Origin: Candidatus Poribacteria bacterium
GTDB lineage: Bacteria; Poribacteria; WGA-4E; WGA-3G
DNA length: 64,000 nucleotides
Assembly (NCBI GenBank): GCA_965214045.1
Contig: OZ243935.1
Coordinates: 4,354,799-4,418,798 of the forward strand
Reading direction: 5' to 3'
A program made the position numbers and the translations under genes. Shown piece after piece: positions 1-10,290 of the stretch; within the stretch, counting starts at the first letter, position 1, and each line of letters starts with the position of its first letter. The notes below the pieces were generated by a model. That model did not search any database. It was not told the DNA's origin and saw only the letters and a list, made by a program, of their open reading frames with translations.

Positions 1-4
1 CGGC

Positions 5-547
5 ATGAACGACACACATTTTTTTATCCCTGAAACAAAGCGCGAACGAATCGCAACAGTATATGAGCGAACCAAAGATGGACCCATAACACGCAAGTCC
101 CCAGAACCGACAGTGGACGGTGCACTGATCTATTCAACGGATTATCCTTACAACGGTCCGCGAACCTATTTCTCTGGTGGTGGTGGGTTGGTCTCCACCG
201 CTCCTGATTACGTCCGTTTCTCACAGATGATGCTGAACGGTGGAGAATTGAACGGTGTCCGATTGTTGAGCCGAAAAACCGTTGAATTGATGACTTCAAA
301 TCGACTTGCCAAGATGGATATCGACTATGGATTCGGTTTAGGCTTTAGCGTTGTCCGAGACAAATCAGACCTTAATGAAGTCGGATCGGTTGGAACGTTT
401 GGCTGGGGTGGTTTCTTCTTTACCAATTTCTTCATTGACCCTCAAGAGCAAATGATTGGTATTTTCTTATGCCAATTGTATCCGAGCGGCGGCTTGGATC
501 TCGGAGAGAGAATTCGTATCCTCTGCTACCAAGCGATTATTGATTGA
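5..547 (+). CDS. C-terminal fragment of a serine hydrolase (beta-lactamase/PBP-related); the 5' end lies outside the window
   Basis: The ORF runs from the window edge. Its C-terminal GWGGFFFTNFFIDPQEQMIGIF resembles the end of the beta-lactamase-related serine hydrolase fold. Confidence 0.5.
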   Translation: MNDTHFFIPETKRERIATVYERTKDGPITRKSPEPTVDGALIYSTDYPYNGPRTYFSGGGGLVSTAPDYVRFSQMMLNGGELNGVRLLSRKTVELMTSNRLAKMDIDYGFGLGFSVVRDKSDLNEVGSVGTFGWGGFFFTNFFIDPQEQMIGIFLCQLYPSGGLDLGERIRILCYQAIID

Positions 548-690
548 ATTATGGCGAATTGAAAAAATAAACGCAATAGATAGTTTGCGATAGTGCTTTG
601 TCAACCTTATTTTGAGGTAAATCCCGTTCGTAGTCGCGCAATTCATTGCGCATTTCCGAAGTGCGATACACAGAAAGGAAAATAGCCAAT

Positions 691-1725
691 ATGTTAAGAG
701 AACTTATTGCCCCCGCCCAAGAACAGGTCGCTTTCCGAGAATATGAAAGCCAACCGTTGCAGCCTAACGAGATTCGGGTCAAGAGCCAGTTTGGTGCCGC
801 CAAACACGGTTCAGAGATGGCATCGTATAAGGGGTATGCGGGTCCACGCGGCGGCTACGATGGTGAATACAAAATCTTTCGAGCAGACGGTTCTGGCGGG
901 ATGGTGAGCTATCCTTCAGGACTGGGGAACATGTGTGTCGGCGAGGTAACTGAAATTGGTGCGGATGTTACCGAATTTGAGATCGGAGAGCGGGTTTTTC
1001 GGCACAGCTCCTTTCGCGAAGAAAATGTTTGGGCCGCGGCAGGTGTCCGGAAACTTCCTGATGGTGTGCCTTGGCAAGCCGCTGTCTGTCTGGATCCGAC
1101 AGATTTTGCTTTGGGTGCGGTGCGCGACGGTAATGTCCGCATTGGGGATGCTGTAGCAGTCTTTGGAATGGGTGGGATCGGATTGATGGCACTGCAACTC
1201 GCCAAATTGGCGGGTGCCTATCCTGTAATTGGTGTTGATCCACTTGAGTTGCGTCGCAATGTTGCCCTCGACTGTGGTGCTGATCTTGTTATCGATCCCA
1301 CAACAGATGATGCGGGTTTGGAAATTAAAAAGGCTACCAGCAAACGTGGTGCTGACGTTTGCATTGAATACAGCGGTCATCATACGGCACTCCAAGCCGC
1401 TATCCGCGGTGTGACGTATTTAGGAACAGTTGTCGCTGGTGCGTGGCCCGGTATCTATCCATCGGGATTAGATCTCGGTGCGGAAGCGCATTTCAATCGA
1501 CCGACGATTGTCTTCTCACGCGCCTGCAGCGAACCGAATCCTGAGTACCCAAATTGGAATGAAGGCAGGCTTTTTGAAATCAGTTGGCGACTGCTTTGCG
1601 ATGGCAGCCTGAAGTCTGAGCCTGTTATTTATCCTGTTGTTGATTTTGACGATCTCTTGGATGAGTATCCGAAGATCGCGACACATCCGGGTGAGAATGT
1701 AAAGTTAGGCGTTCGATTCGCATAA
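691..1725 (+). CDS. Zn-dependent alcohol/polyol dehydrogenase (MDR family)
   Basis: GMGGIGLMALQLAKLAGA is a Rossmann GxGxxG motif and an N-terminal catalytic domain precedes it. ATG at 691 follows AGGAAA. The longer ORF from 646 lacks an SD. Confidence 0.8.
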   Translation: MLRELIAPAQEQVAFREYESQPLQPNEIRVKSQFGAAKHGSEMASYKGYAGPRGGYDGEYKIFRADGSGGMVSYPSGLGNMCVGEVTEIGADVTEFEIGERVFRHSSFREENVWAAAGVRKLPDGVPWQAAVCLDPTDFALGAVRDGNVRIGDAVAVFGMGGIGLMALQLAKLAGAYPVIGVDPLELRRNVALDCGADLVIDPTTDDAGLEIKKATSKRGADVCIEYSGHHTALQAAIRGVTYLGTVVAGAWPGIYPSGLDLGAEAHFNRPTIVFSRACSEPNPEYPNWNEGRLFEISWRLLCDGSLKSEPVIYPVVDFDDLLDEYPKIATHPGENVKLGVRFA

Positions 1726-1831
1726 GAGTGATTTTTAGGGTCTCGTCCTTACCAAAGCACCAGATGGCAACTACAAACCATTCGCATTCCCTGTTACGGT
1801 CGTTCCCATCATCCCGATAGAAGACAAAGAT

Positions 1832-2380
1832 TCATAGCCGGTTTATAGGTAAGTATTGGGCAAGGAGTTTATTTGCGTTCTCGCGCTGGTCGGCTTGAAA
1901 TTTGTCCCACTCAAGCCACCATGGGAATTTGTCCCCTGATCTCGTCACGCCGAGTACATACGCCTCTTTGCCCAATCCTAATGCGTAGTCCCCCTCTTTT
2001 TTCCATTCAAAGGCGTTAAGTTTCTTCCAATTTACAAAATGTCCGTTAGTAAGAATGCCAGCCTCTCTGATTTCAAATCGGTTTACGGAATGCAGACGAA
2101 ATGCAAGGCATATGGGGACCCCTGTCGCAGCCCAAAATTGTGGTGCAGACTGCCAACCATCCTTGATTATGAACACGATTTGCATAAGCATGATACCCAC
2201 CCACACAAGGATGACAAGTTTCAAAAGCACTTTATGGATTTTGGGGGCAGGAAGGTAAAACAGCACTTTGCCCATCGTTCTCTGTCTCCGAGATAAATAA
2301 AAAGGCAGCACCACCAAGAGGGACAGACACACAATGACAAAACAGATACTAATTATATCAACGACTAACATCGCTTTCAT
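1832..2380 (-). CDS. hypothetical integral membrane protein
   Basis: Three predicted TM helices lie in the N-terminal half. The frame has no overlapping competitor, and AAGGA sits just upstream of the ATG. Confidence 0.5.
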   Translation of the reverse strand: MKAMLVVDIISICFVIVCLSLLVVLPFYLSRRQRTMGKVLFYLPAPKIHKVLLKLVILVWVGIMLMQIVFIIKDGWQSAPQFWAATGVPICLAFRLHSVNRFEIREAGILTNGHFVNWKKLNAFEWKKEGDYALGLGKEAYVLGVTRSGDKFPWWLEWDKFQADQRENANKLLAQYLPINRL

Positions 2381-2481
2381 TCGTCCTTAGCTATTGCAAT
2401 ACTCTTTGTGATCTGATTTTAGCATAAAATATAATCAGGTTTAAGAAAAATGAGAATAAAAAAATTAAATTGATTTCTTTA

Positions 2482-3498
2482 CTACTGTCGCAATCCCGCC
2501 GCCCGCAGCACCGTTTCCTGAACTGTGAATTCGTGGTCGAGGGAGCGATCAGGGGATTTCTCGCCCCGAATATCAGCGATAAACGCTCGCAGGCTTTCGA
2601 CGTAACGCGGTCGTCGTTCCACAGGCACTGTCTGCCAGCCTTTCGCATATCCGTCCCGTTCCTCATCAAGACACAACCGCAATTCCGGCGGTTCAAGCGG
2701 CTCAAGGATTGCACTGCCGCGTGTCCCGTAGACTTCCAATCGTCTTGCTTTGCCCGAATCAACTTCCAACGCCGTTGACTCAAGAATCGCCAATGCTTTG
2801 GGATATTCAAGGACAGCCGCTGTATTGTTACGATACCACGGCACATCATGTCCGTCGTGCCTCGAAAAGGGTGTCACCCGTGTCGGTCGTCCCAGCAATG
2901 CCACGATAATATCGGTGAGATGACAGGCGAGGATAAACATAATGCCACCGGAGTGTTCACCGAGTGAATCCCAACGTTTCCAGTGAGCGTCGCTTGAAAG
3001 ACTTGATGAGATTCTTGCCCGAACGGAAAAAATATCACCGAGTTTGCCGGAGTTTGCCCAGTCGAGAACGAACTGAAAGCCAGCATTGTATCGGAACATA
3101 TAACCGAGTTGAACGAGCAGATTTTTGTCTCGCGCGATGTCTAAGACCTCTCGGAATTCGTCAAGATTATCACCGGCAGGTTTATCGAACCATACATGCT
3201 TGCCGTGTTCGAGAATCTCCCGTGCAAAGGCGAGGTTCTGCGATACACGCCCCTGCGCCGCCACCCCAACGATTGTTTCGTCCTCGAGTATCTCTTCTTT
3301 GGATGTAAACCAGTGAACACCTTCGTAGACTGGACTTTGACCGAGGGTCTCTCGGACTTCAGGTGAGGGTTCAAAAACACCGGCGAACTCAATTTCGTCA
3401 CTTTCCTTCATCACATTAGCTTTCCCTCCAGCGTGGTCATGGGAAATACCGTATTGTGCAAGTCTAATTTTCACGTTTTTCTCCTTAGGTAGTATCAT
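2482..3498 (-). CDS. Gfo/Idh/MocA family NAD(P)-dependent oxidoreductase
   Basis: An N-terminal Rossmann segment KIRLAQYGISHDHA is followed by a C-terminal alpha/beta domain typical of the family. Confidence 0.8.
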   Translation of the reverse strand: MILPKEKNVKIRLAQYGISHDHAGGKANVMKESDEIEFAGVFEPSPEVRETLGQSPVYEGVHWFTSKEEILEDETIVGVAAQGRVSQNLAFAREILEHGKHVWFDKPAGDNLDEFREVLDIARDKNLLVQLGYMFRYNAGFQFVLDWANSGKLGDIFSVRARISSSLSSDAHWKRWDSLGEHSGGIMFILACHLTDIIVALLGRPTRVTPFSRHDGHDVPWYRNNTAAVLEYPKALAILESTALEVDSGKARRLEVYGTRGSAILEPLEPPELRLCLDEERDGYAKGWQTVPVERRPRYVESLRAFIADIRGEKSPDRSLDHEFTVQETVLRAAGLRQ

Positions 3499-3548
3499 GT
3501 TTGAAAACTATGATTCCCAAAAATAGTGGGTAAGGTTTAAACACATGT

Positions 3549-5528
3549 CTAAAAAGCATTCGCCACCGCTACCAAATCTAACACGTTGACAGTACCATCA
3601 CCATTTACATCCGGTGTTGCTTTACCAAACGCATTCGCTACCGCTACGAGATCGAGAATATTCACAATATTATCGCCATTCACGTCATACGGATCCGCAG
3701 TCTTTTTCAGGAATATCTCGCCATCTAAATCAAAGACGATATGTTGTATGTCGTCTTTCTCGTTGGCTACGCCTGTCACCTGCTCAGGAAAGTGGATTGT
3801 TTGTTCTGTACCACTGCGATTATACACTGCCCAACCGTTAGTGAACTCTCGGATAAATAACCCCTCGCGGTTGCGATACAACTCGGCTTTCTCTCCGATA
3901 GGTTGACCGAGATCGGCATCCCAGAAGGAATACCAGATGTGTACGTGCTGCATATACCCATCGATCTCTCGCGGAACTCTGAAGATAGAATAACCATCAG
4001 AATGTGTGAGCGACATTGTTGTGAATAGACGCATCCACCGTAAGTTGTTAAGACTTTCAAAAGGTTCAAAAACACCGTGCCCCTCTAACACATTGATTCT
4101 CGGTTCACGTAGATTTTTCTCATTCCAAATCAGGGCATCCTCAATCTCTTGAAGACCCTTATAGGTGTAACCGCCCGGATGATCCCTAACCGTTTCCATA
4201 TAACTGCCGTTAACATATTCGGCATATCTTGTAACCTTTGTCCGGTTCGCATTCACAAGAATTAAGAAATCATCGCGAACCCGTTCCCGAACTCCTTTTA
4301 AGATTTTTTTATGTGCTTCTATCGCCTCCTCCACTGTTGCAATCTGAAGCCTATGCGCGTAAAGAAGCGCACCGTGCTCAAAAAAACCATCCAGCAGCAC
4401 CCCATCAAGGAGCCCGCATTCCGCAAGACCAACAATGCGATTGATAAGCAACTGCTGGACTTCTGGATTAAATATGTCGAAAAAAAATTCATCCCATCCA
4501 ACTTCGTCATTTTCCAGGAATTTCCCCTCTGCATCTCTGATCCAAAAGTCAGAATCTTCAGGGAAAGCGTTTAAGTTAAAATGGTTATGAAGTCGAATCT
4601 CAGGGAGAAATAGCATATTTGGATTCCGTTTGGTGTGTTTTTGATGCTCCTTCTTTGAATTCTCCAAATCTCCACCAAGACGTGTAGATAAACCATAATA
4701 GGATTCAGATGGTGTTAGAAACCACCACATACCAAAAGTAGTCCCGAAATAATTTAAATCATGTTCTGAAATGTGTTCATAGTAAAATTCTACACCCTCT
4801 TCCGAGCCAAACCACCGGACCGGATTTGTATTATGAACAAGACTACTACCCGGTAACGCTATTGAGGGAAAGGTTCTATTCTGAATACGCTCAGTCACTG
4901 GATTGCCCACCGGTGGTATCTCACAAATTTCATCACGTATAAATTCTGTTAAAGTTAACCCCGATAGTGGTGTAAAGTCTAACACAGAAGTATGATCCAA
5001 TCGAACGCTCTTGAGTTTCGTGAAGTTTGCTAAAATCTCGATGTTCTCCACGGGATTATACCCAAGATTAATCCATTCCAATTCGATTAAGTTCCTAAGC
5101 GGTGTGATGTCTAATACCTTGTTCCCTCCCAAGTCAAGTCCTTTCAGATGGATAAGACTCGCCAATGGAGAAACATCAGAAATTAGATTGCCACACAATG
5201 AGAGATATTCCAAACGAATTAAATCCGCAAGCGGCGTGAGATCCGAGATTTGGTTGCCGCAGACACCGAGATCTCTCAAATTGGTTGCATACTCTAAGCC
5301 GGTTAAATCTGTTATGTTGCTATTCCAAACTTGAAGATGATCAAACCAGAGCATTTTATCTTTTGTCAAGGGTGCCGTTGGTGGTAGTCCAATTACTTCC
5401 CGCACAGCAGAGCATAGCACAGGATCGGGCATCCAATCTTCGGTATCTTCTGCAAATACGTTGCACATTAGTAGGACTCCGATGCAGCTGAGTTGTAGAA
5501 TTACAAAATCTTTATGATTGATTTTCAT
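3549..5528 (-). CDS. secreted leucine-rich-repeat protein with a glycoside-hydrolase-like TIM-barrel domain and two C-terminal dockerin-type repeats
   Basis: A signal peptide is followed by about 8 LRRs (LxxLxLxxNxIxDxxPL). The central domain is GH-like. The C-terminus carries two copies of DVNGDGTVNVLDLVAVANAF, a dockerin Ca-binding repeat, and the stop codon follows immediately. Confidence 0.7.
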   Translation of the reverse strand: MKINHKDFVILQLSCIGVLLMCNVFAEDTEDWMPDPVLCSAVREVIGLPPTAPLTKDKMLWFDHLQVWNSNITDLTGLEYATNLRDLGVCGNQISDLTPLADLIRLEYLSLCGNLISDVSPLASLIHLKGLDLGGNKVLDITPLRNLIELEWINLGYNPVENIEILANFTKLKSVRLDHTSVLDFTPLSGLTLTEFIRDEICEIPPVGNPVTERIQNRTFPSIALPGSSLVHNTNPVRWFGSEEGVEFYYEHISEHDLNYFGTTFGMWWFLTPSESYYGLSTRLGGDLENSKKEHQKHTKRNPNMLFLPEIRLHNHFNLNAFPEDSDFWIRDAEGKFLENDEVGWDEFFFDIFNPEVQQLLINRIVGLAECGLLDGVLLDGFFEHGALLYAHRLQIATVEEAIEAHKKILKGVRERVRDDFLILVNANRTKVTRYAEYVNGSYMETVRDHPGGYTYKGLQEIEDALIWNEKNLREPRINVLEGHGVFEPFESLNNLRWMRLFTTMSLTHSDGYSIFRVPREIDGYMQHVHIWYSFWDADLGQPIGEKAELYRNREGLFIREFTNGWAVYNRSGTEQTIHFPEQVTGVANEKDDIQHIVFDLDGEIFLKKTADPYDVNGDNIVNILDLVAVANAFGKATPDVNGDGTVNVLDLVAVANAF

Positions 5529-5758
5529 AGATGAACCCCTCTTTGTCAGGACTATTCAGTTTTCCGAAATTTTAGGTTTTCGGTCCCTGCGGACCCGCTG
5601 TAGGAGGAACTCCGATTCCCGACTTTTCCGATAAATTGAACAAAAACCTTAAAACTAAATGGTCCTGCCCTCTCTGTAAAAAGTGAGTGCGATTTTTGGC
5701 GACATGTGCTAAACTCTAAAGAATCGGTTTCCCAATATTATCTTTTAGTGTGGCTCGC

Positions 5759-5787
5759 TTGTAATCTATAGATACGTGCCTTATAAT
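5759..5787 (+). promoter_or_regulatory. sigma70-type promoter (TTGTAA–17 bp–TATAAT)
   Basis: Hexamers and spacing are read directly from the sequence. It lies upstream of the glutaredoxin-like and ggt genes. Confidence 0.45.
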
Positions 5788-5880
5788 ATAGATTATCATT
5801 TCACAATTTACGCGCGAAGTCAAATTGATTTTAGGTTAGCACAAGAAGATGAACTTTATTTTCGCTTTTAGGCGATTCTT

Positions 5881-6177
5881 TTGAAGACCCAACCGATACA
5901 ACTCCAGTTATACACGAAACCGGACTGTCCGCTCTGTGACGAAGCAAAGACGGTCCTCCAGAACATCAGTGCGAAGGCATCATTTATTGCAGTGGAAGAA
6001 ATCGACATCACCAAAAATCTGGGATTATTTACGAAGTATAAGCATCTGATTCCTGTGCTTGAGTTGGATGGACAACAACTTTTTGTGCATCGCACCACCT
6101 ATTGGAAACTAACGTGGCAGATCCGATGGCATCGGGTTCGGAGGCTTATAACCCAAATAGGTAGGCGCGGTTTGTAA
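5881..6177 (+). CDS. glutaredoxin-like thioredoxin-fold protein (DUF836-like)
   Basis: The N-terminus reads LQLYTKPDCPLCDEAKTVL, a CPxC motif. It starts with TTG and has its own consensus promoter about 95 nt upstream. Confidence 0.5.
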   Translation: MKTQPIQLQLYTKPDCPLCDEAKTVLQNISAKASFIAVEEIDITKNLGLFTKYKHLIPVLELDGQQLFVHRTTYWKLTWQIRWHRVRRLITQIGRRGL

Positions 6178-6236
6178 CCTCGCCGAGTCTAAAATCTGCC
6201 ATAGAACTTGGTATAAAAAATAATGAGGAGGGAAGG

Positions 6237-7856
6237 ATGACTTTTCCATCACACGGCACAACACATCGATCCACTGTAACAGGCACACGCGGAATGGCAA
6301 CAAGTGCCCATCCGCTTGCGAGTCTTGCGGGTGCACGCATGTTGCTCGCTGGCGGTAATGCCTTTGATGCGGCAGTCGCAGTCGCTTCAACGCTCAACGT
6401 CGTTGAGCCTTATATGTCGGGTATCGCTGGTAACGGGTATATGTTGCTCTATAGTGCGAAGGATAAAACACATCGCGTGATAGATTATCTGGGCACTGCC
6501 CCTTATGCAGCGACGCTGGATGTCTATCCAACCCTCGAAAGCCAGCAGATTGGCATTCGTGCCGGTATGGTGCCGGGTGGCTGCGGCGGATGGCTCGCAC
6601 TCTTGGAACGCTACGGGAGTATGGACCACTTGGACATCTTTACCCCAGCGATTGAATTGGCAGAAAATGGATACGCCGTCACCGTCAAGAATGCGGAATT
6701 CATCGCAGGTGCACGCCCCTATTTCTCCGAAAGAGCTGAAGAGGTTATCGCCTCACGAGGGAGAACTCCACATCCTGGCGAGATTTTAGTACAAAAGGAT
6801 TTAGCGAACACATTTCGACAGGTCGCCGAAGGCGGTGCGGAGGCATTCTACCGTGGCGACATTGCTAAAGAGATCGTCCGTTTCTCCGAAGAAACCGATG
6901 GACTGATTACTGAAAAGGATTTGGCTGACTTTGAGGTAGAGTGGCAGGAACCCATCTCCATTACCTACAAAGATTATGAAGTCTACTGTCCACCGCCACC
7001 GTGTTCCGGTTTCCAGTACTTAGAGACCCTGAATATTCTGGAAAACGATGCCCTCGGTGAACTTGGGCACAACACCCCGGAATACCTACATCTGCTGATT
7101 GAAGCGATTAAACTGGCAAGTGCGGATAGAGCCGAATACGCCCCGCGTCCGAATCCACCGATTGAACGGCTGTTATCTAAAGACTACGCACGTGCGCAAC
7201 GCGAACGCATCGGTGAACAGGCTGCAGTCAGCGGTGGTGAGCGTTGGTCTAAGGACAAACTCCCCGGCGAGATCGTAGCTGACGATTGGACGACCGAATG
7301 TACAACCCACTTTGACACTGCTGATGCAGAGGGCAATATCGTCGCTGTGACGCAGAGCCTTGGACAACCCTTCGGTTCAGGCGTAATTCTCGGTTCAACA
7401 GGAATGTTTCTCAACAACTTTATGAACTGGTTCGACAGAATCCCAGAGAGTCCCAACGCCGTTGGACCACATAAACGGATAGAGATGTGTATGTCGCCGT
7501 GCCAAGTCTGGAAGAATGGAAACCCGTTTGCTGCAATTGGCACACCCGGAAGCCACGGCATCCTTCAAACGACGTTACAGATGGTGTTGAACCTGATTGA
7601 ACACGGAATGAATGTACAAGCGGCGATTGAAGCCCCGCGCGTTCGCTTGGTAAATCCGGGAACGCATGTCAGTATGGAGGGACGTATTCCTGCTGCGGTC
7701 CGTGCGGCATTGGAAGCACGTGGACATGAGGTAGAGGTGTTGCCCGATTGGACTGCAACCGTCGGCGGCGGTCAGGGTATTGCCTTTGATCCTGATGAAG
7801 GAAGTTTTATGGGGGGTGCCGATCCACGGCGCGATGGGTATGCAATAGGTGTGTAA
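6237..7856 (+). CDS. ggt: gamma-glutamyltransferase
   Basis: The catalytic Thr region TTHFDTADAEGNIVAVTQSLGQPFGSG and the GGT large and small subunit architecture are present. GGAGGGAAGGATG provides the RBS. Confidence 0.85.
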   Translation: MTFPSHGTTHRSTVTGTRGMATSAHPLASLAGARMLLAGGNAFDAAVAVASTLNVVEPYMSGIAGNGYMLLYSAKDKTHRVIDYLGTAPYAATLDVYPTLESQQIGIRAGMVPGGCGGWLALLERYGSMDHLDIFTPAIELAENGYAVTVKNAEFIAGARPYFSERAEEVIASRGRTPHPGEILVQKDLANTFRQVAEGGAEAFYRGDIAKEIVRFSEETDGLITEKDLADFEVEWQEPISITYKDYEVYCPPPPCSGFQYLETLNILENDALGELGHNTPEYLHLLIEAIKLASADRAEYAPRPNPPIERLLSKDYARAQRERIGEQAAVSGGERWSKDKLPGEIVADDWTTECTTHFDTADAEGNIVAVTQSLGQPFGSGVILGSTGMFLNNFMNWFDRIPESPNAVGPHKRIEMCMSPCQVWKNGNPFAAIGTPGSHGILQTTLQMVLNLIEHGMNVQAAIEAPRVRLVNPGTHVSMEGRIPAAVRAALEARGHEVEVLPDWTATVGGGQGIAFDPDEGSFMGGADPRRDGYAIGV

Positions 7857-7960
7857 CCTATAGGCATTCAGTATTTGGAGTGAACGAAGGTGAGGGTTTA
7901 AATGAACCAAATGAAAGATATGCTTGATTTTTCGGGTAACAAGTTTAGCACTCTCACAAA

Positions 7961-8212
7961 ATGGAGAATTTTATGCTTAATCAATACCCGTATCCGGAGT
8001 CCGAAGGTAGACGGAGTATCGTGATTGGAATTTTAGTAACCTTGGTTACTTGTGGTATCTATGGGCTTTATTGGCAATATAAGCAGATGGCAACACTTAA
8101 CGCTTGGTTGAAGCGGGATGAGTACTCCTTTTGGCTCTGGTTGCTGCTATCAATTATTACTTGCGGCATCTTCGGTATCTATTATGAGTACAAGATGGCA
8201 AGATGTGGATAA
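7961..8212 (+). CDS. DUF4234-family small membrane protein
   Basis: Two TM helices each carry the CGI(Y/F)G(L/I)YW-type motif. It may be truncated, since the frame continues in +1 (see findings). Confidence 0.45.
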   Translation: MENFMLNQYPYPESEGRRSIVIGILVTLVTCGIYGLYWQYKQMATLNAWLKRDEYSFWLWLLLSIITCGIFGIYYEYKMARCG

Positions 8213-8323
8213 AAAACACTTGGAGCCGTTGTTCACCGGCCATCCGAAACACAATTACCATCGATGGAATTGTGCTATGTCTTTCCACTTGGATTTACAA
8301 ATTATGGGCATAAAAGCGAAGTC

Positions 8324-9265
8324 TTAGTGCCCTCTCAGGATAGTCCCTTTCGCACCGACAATCCATCCGGCATTTTTCTGAAGATAGATAGCCTGCAAGT
8401 TATGCTGAGCCGGTGTGGGGTAGCGACTCCACGTATTACCGCCGTCTGTTGTATGGAGGATTAGACCTTTTTCGCCAACTGCCCACCCGCGTTTTTCGTC
8501 TCGGAAGGCAACATCCCGTAGGTTCAGATTCACAGGCGTTTCTTGCCGACTCCACACCTTCCCACCGTCAGTCGTATGGAGAATCAAGCCGTTGGTTCCT
8601 ACAATCCATCCATGCGTCAGATTTGCGAAATAGACAGAAAATAAATGCTGCTCGGTGTTGCTTCTCTGTTGCACCCATCGTTCCCCGCCATCTTGAGTAT
8701 GCAGTATTTCCCCCTCTTCCCCAACAATCCACCCGTGTGCTGGATCGACAAAATACACACCCCATAAATGTTTATCCGACAGATCTCTTTGACTTTCCCA
8801 CCGACTCCCGCCACTCTCTGTTTTGAGCACTGTCCCTTTTCCACCAACCGCCCAACCCTGCGTCGTATCAACAAAATGGAGATCCAAGATGCCTGAAGAG
8901 GTTTTACCCATGCCGCGTGCTTGGTGTTGCAAGTTCCATGAGGCACCACCGCTGCCAGTATAATGTACCTGCCCAATACTAACTGCCCAGCCGTTGTTTG
9001 GGGTTGCGAAATTAACCTGTGTCAGCGTATCTTTTGAGATTGAAGTCGCTTTCCAAGAGGCTCCACCGTCAACGGTCGACAGGACTGTTCCGCCTGTGCC
9101 GACTGCCCATCCATGTTTCGTATCTATAAAATGGACTCCGTAAAGATGTTCACCTGTTCCACTTTCAAGTTGTCGCCACTCAAATTGCACTGTATCTTCG
9201 GAGCAACCGAGGCACACAAGGCTTCCACACAAAATCATGAGCGCGAGGTAGTTTCTGTTCTGCAT
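8324..9265 (-). CDS. secreted lipoprotein with BNR/Ycf48-like beta-propeller repeats (photosystem II stability/assembly factor-like)
   Basis: The lipobox is LVCLGC. At least 7 repeats of hGWAVG..GtiLhTtDGGxtW are present. Confidence 0.7.
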   Translation of the reverse strand: MQNRNYLALMILCGSLVCLGCSEDTVQFEWRQLESGTGEHLYGVHFIDTKHGWAVGTGGTVLSTVDGGASWKATSISKDTLTQVNFATPNNGWAVSIGQVHYTGSGGASWNLQHQARGMGKTSSGILDLHFVDTTQGWAVGGKGTVLKTESGGSRWESQRDLSDKHLWGVYFVDPAHGWIVGEEGEILHTQDGGERWVQQRSNTEQHLFSVYFANLTHGWIVGTNGLILHTTDGGKVWSRQETPVNLNLRDVAFRDEKRGWAVGEKGLILHTTDGGNTWSRYPTPAQHNLQAIYLQKNAGWIVGAKGTILRGH

Positions 9266-9381
9266 TTTGAGGCACCTACCGATAAAAATTTTATTGCAAC
9301 TATTTGCTAAATCGTGTAAACTACATTATAGAGGATGCAGTGTGAATTGTCAAGTTCTTCATAGAGGTGCTATCCCAAAAT

Positions 9382-10290
9382 ATGATGTACATCATCGGAA
9401 TCGATGGCGGCGGAACAAAAACGATTGGTATTCTGGCAACACGAACGGGAGAACACCTTGCAGAAGTGCAATCGGGGCCAGCGAACTATCACGTCGTAGG
9501 TGAAGCGAAAACGCAGACAGTTTTGGAAGGTATCGTCGGGGAGCTTCATGAAAAAGCAGGCGTTCCATCAACAAGTTCTGTCCCGTGTTGCTTGGGTATG
9601 GCGGGTTTGGGACGTCCTGCAGACCGGGAAGTAATTGGGCGAATTTGCGATGAGATTAGTATTTGTAAAGATCGGATATTGACACACGATGCACATATCG
9701 CGCTCGTTGGTGGCACGGAGAAACAGGAAGGTGTAATTGTCATCTCTGGAACGGGTGCGATTGTCTACGGCATCCATACCGATGGCAGAGAAGCACGCGC
9801 GAGTGGTTGGGGATACCTTCTCGGAGACGAAGGGAGCGGTTACAATATCGCTATAAAAGGGCTCCAAGCTATTGCCCGTGCCGCCGATGGAAGAGGCGAT
9901 CAGACCGAATTGACAGATCGAATTCTCAATAGACTTGAACTCAACGAGTCGAGTGAACTAATTCGCTGGGTACACGCCGCAAATAGGGATACAATTGCAC
10001 AGTTGGCAGAGGTGATTTTTGATACAGCCCTAACAACGGACACTGTCGCTGCATGCATTGTTGACGAAGCGGCTGATGAACTCGTTTGTGCCGCAACCAG
10101 CGTAATTGAACAGTTGGAATTCACAGAGCCGTTTGATATTGTTCTCAGTGGTGGCAATCTCATCCATCAAACGATGTTCGCCGATAAACTCCGCCACCGG
10201 TTTGCGAGGACTCAACCAGAGGCATCGGTGCAATTCCCAAAACACGAGCCTGCCTATGGTGCTGTGTTATTAGCGCAAGCGAATTTGTAG
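9382..10290 (+). CDS. BadF/BadG/BcrA/BcrD-type ATPase (N-acetylglucosamine/MurNAc kinase-like)
   Basis: The N-terminus IIGIDGGGTKT is the sugar-kinase phosphate-1 motif. The gene is adjacent to murQ. Confidence 0.75.
   Translation: MMYIIGIDGGGTKTIGILATRTGEHLAEVQSGPANYHVVGEAKTQTVLEGIVGELHEKAGVPSTSSVPCCLGMAGLGRPADREVIGRICDEISICKDRILTHDAHIALVGGTEKQEGVIVISGTGAIVYGIHTDGREARASGWGYLLGDEGSGYNIAIKGLQAIARAADGRGDQTELTDRILNRLELNESSELIRWVHAANRDTIAQLAEVIFDTALTTDTVAACIVDEAADELVCAATSVIEQLEFTEPFDIVLSGGNLIHQTMFADKLRHRFARTQPEASVQFPKHEPAYGAVLLAQANL

Noticed and set aside
909-1395. Minus-strand ORFs (98-159 aa) inside the alcohol dehydrogenase gene
   Set aside because: They are antisense to a well-supported MDR dehydrogenase, low-complexity and Arg/Pro-rich, so they are spurious.
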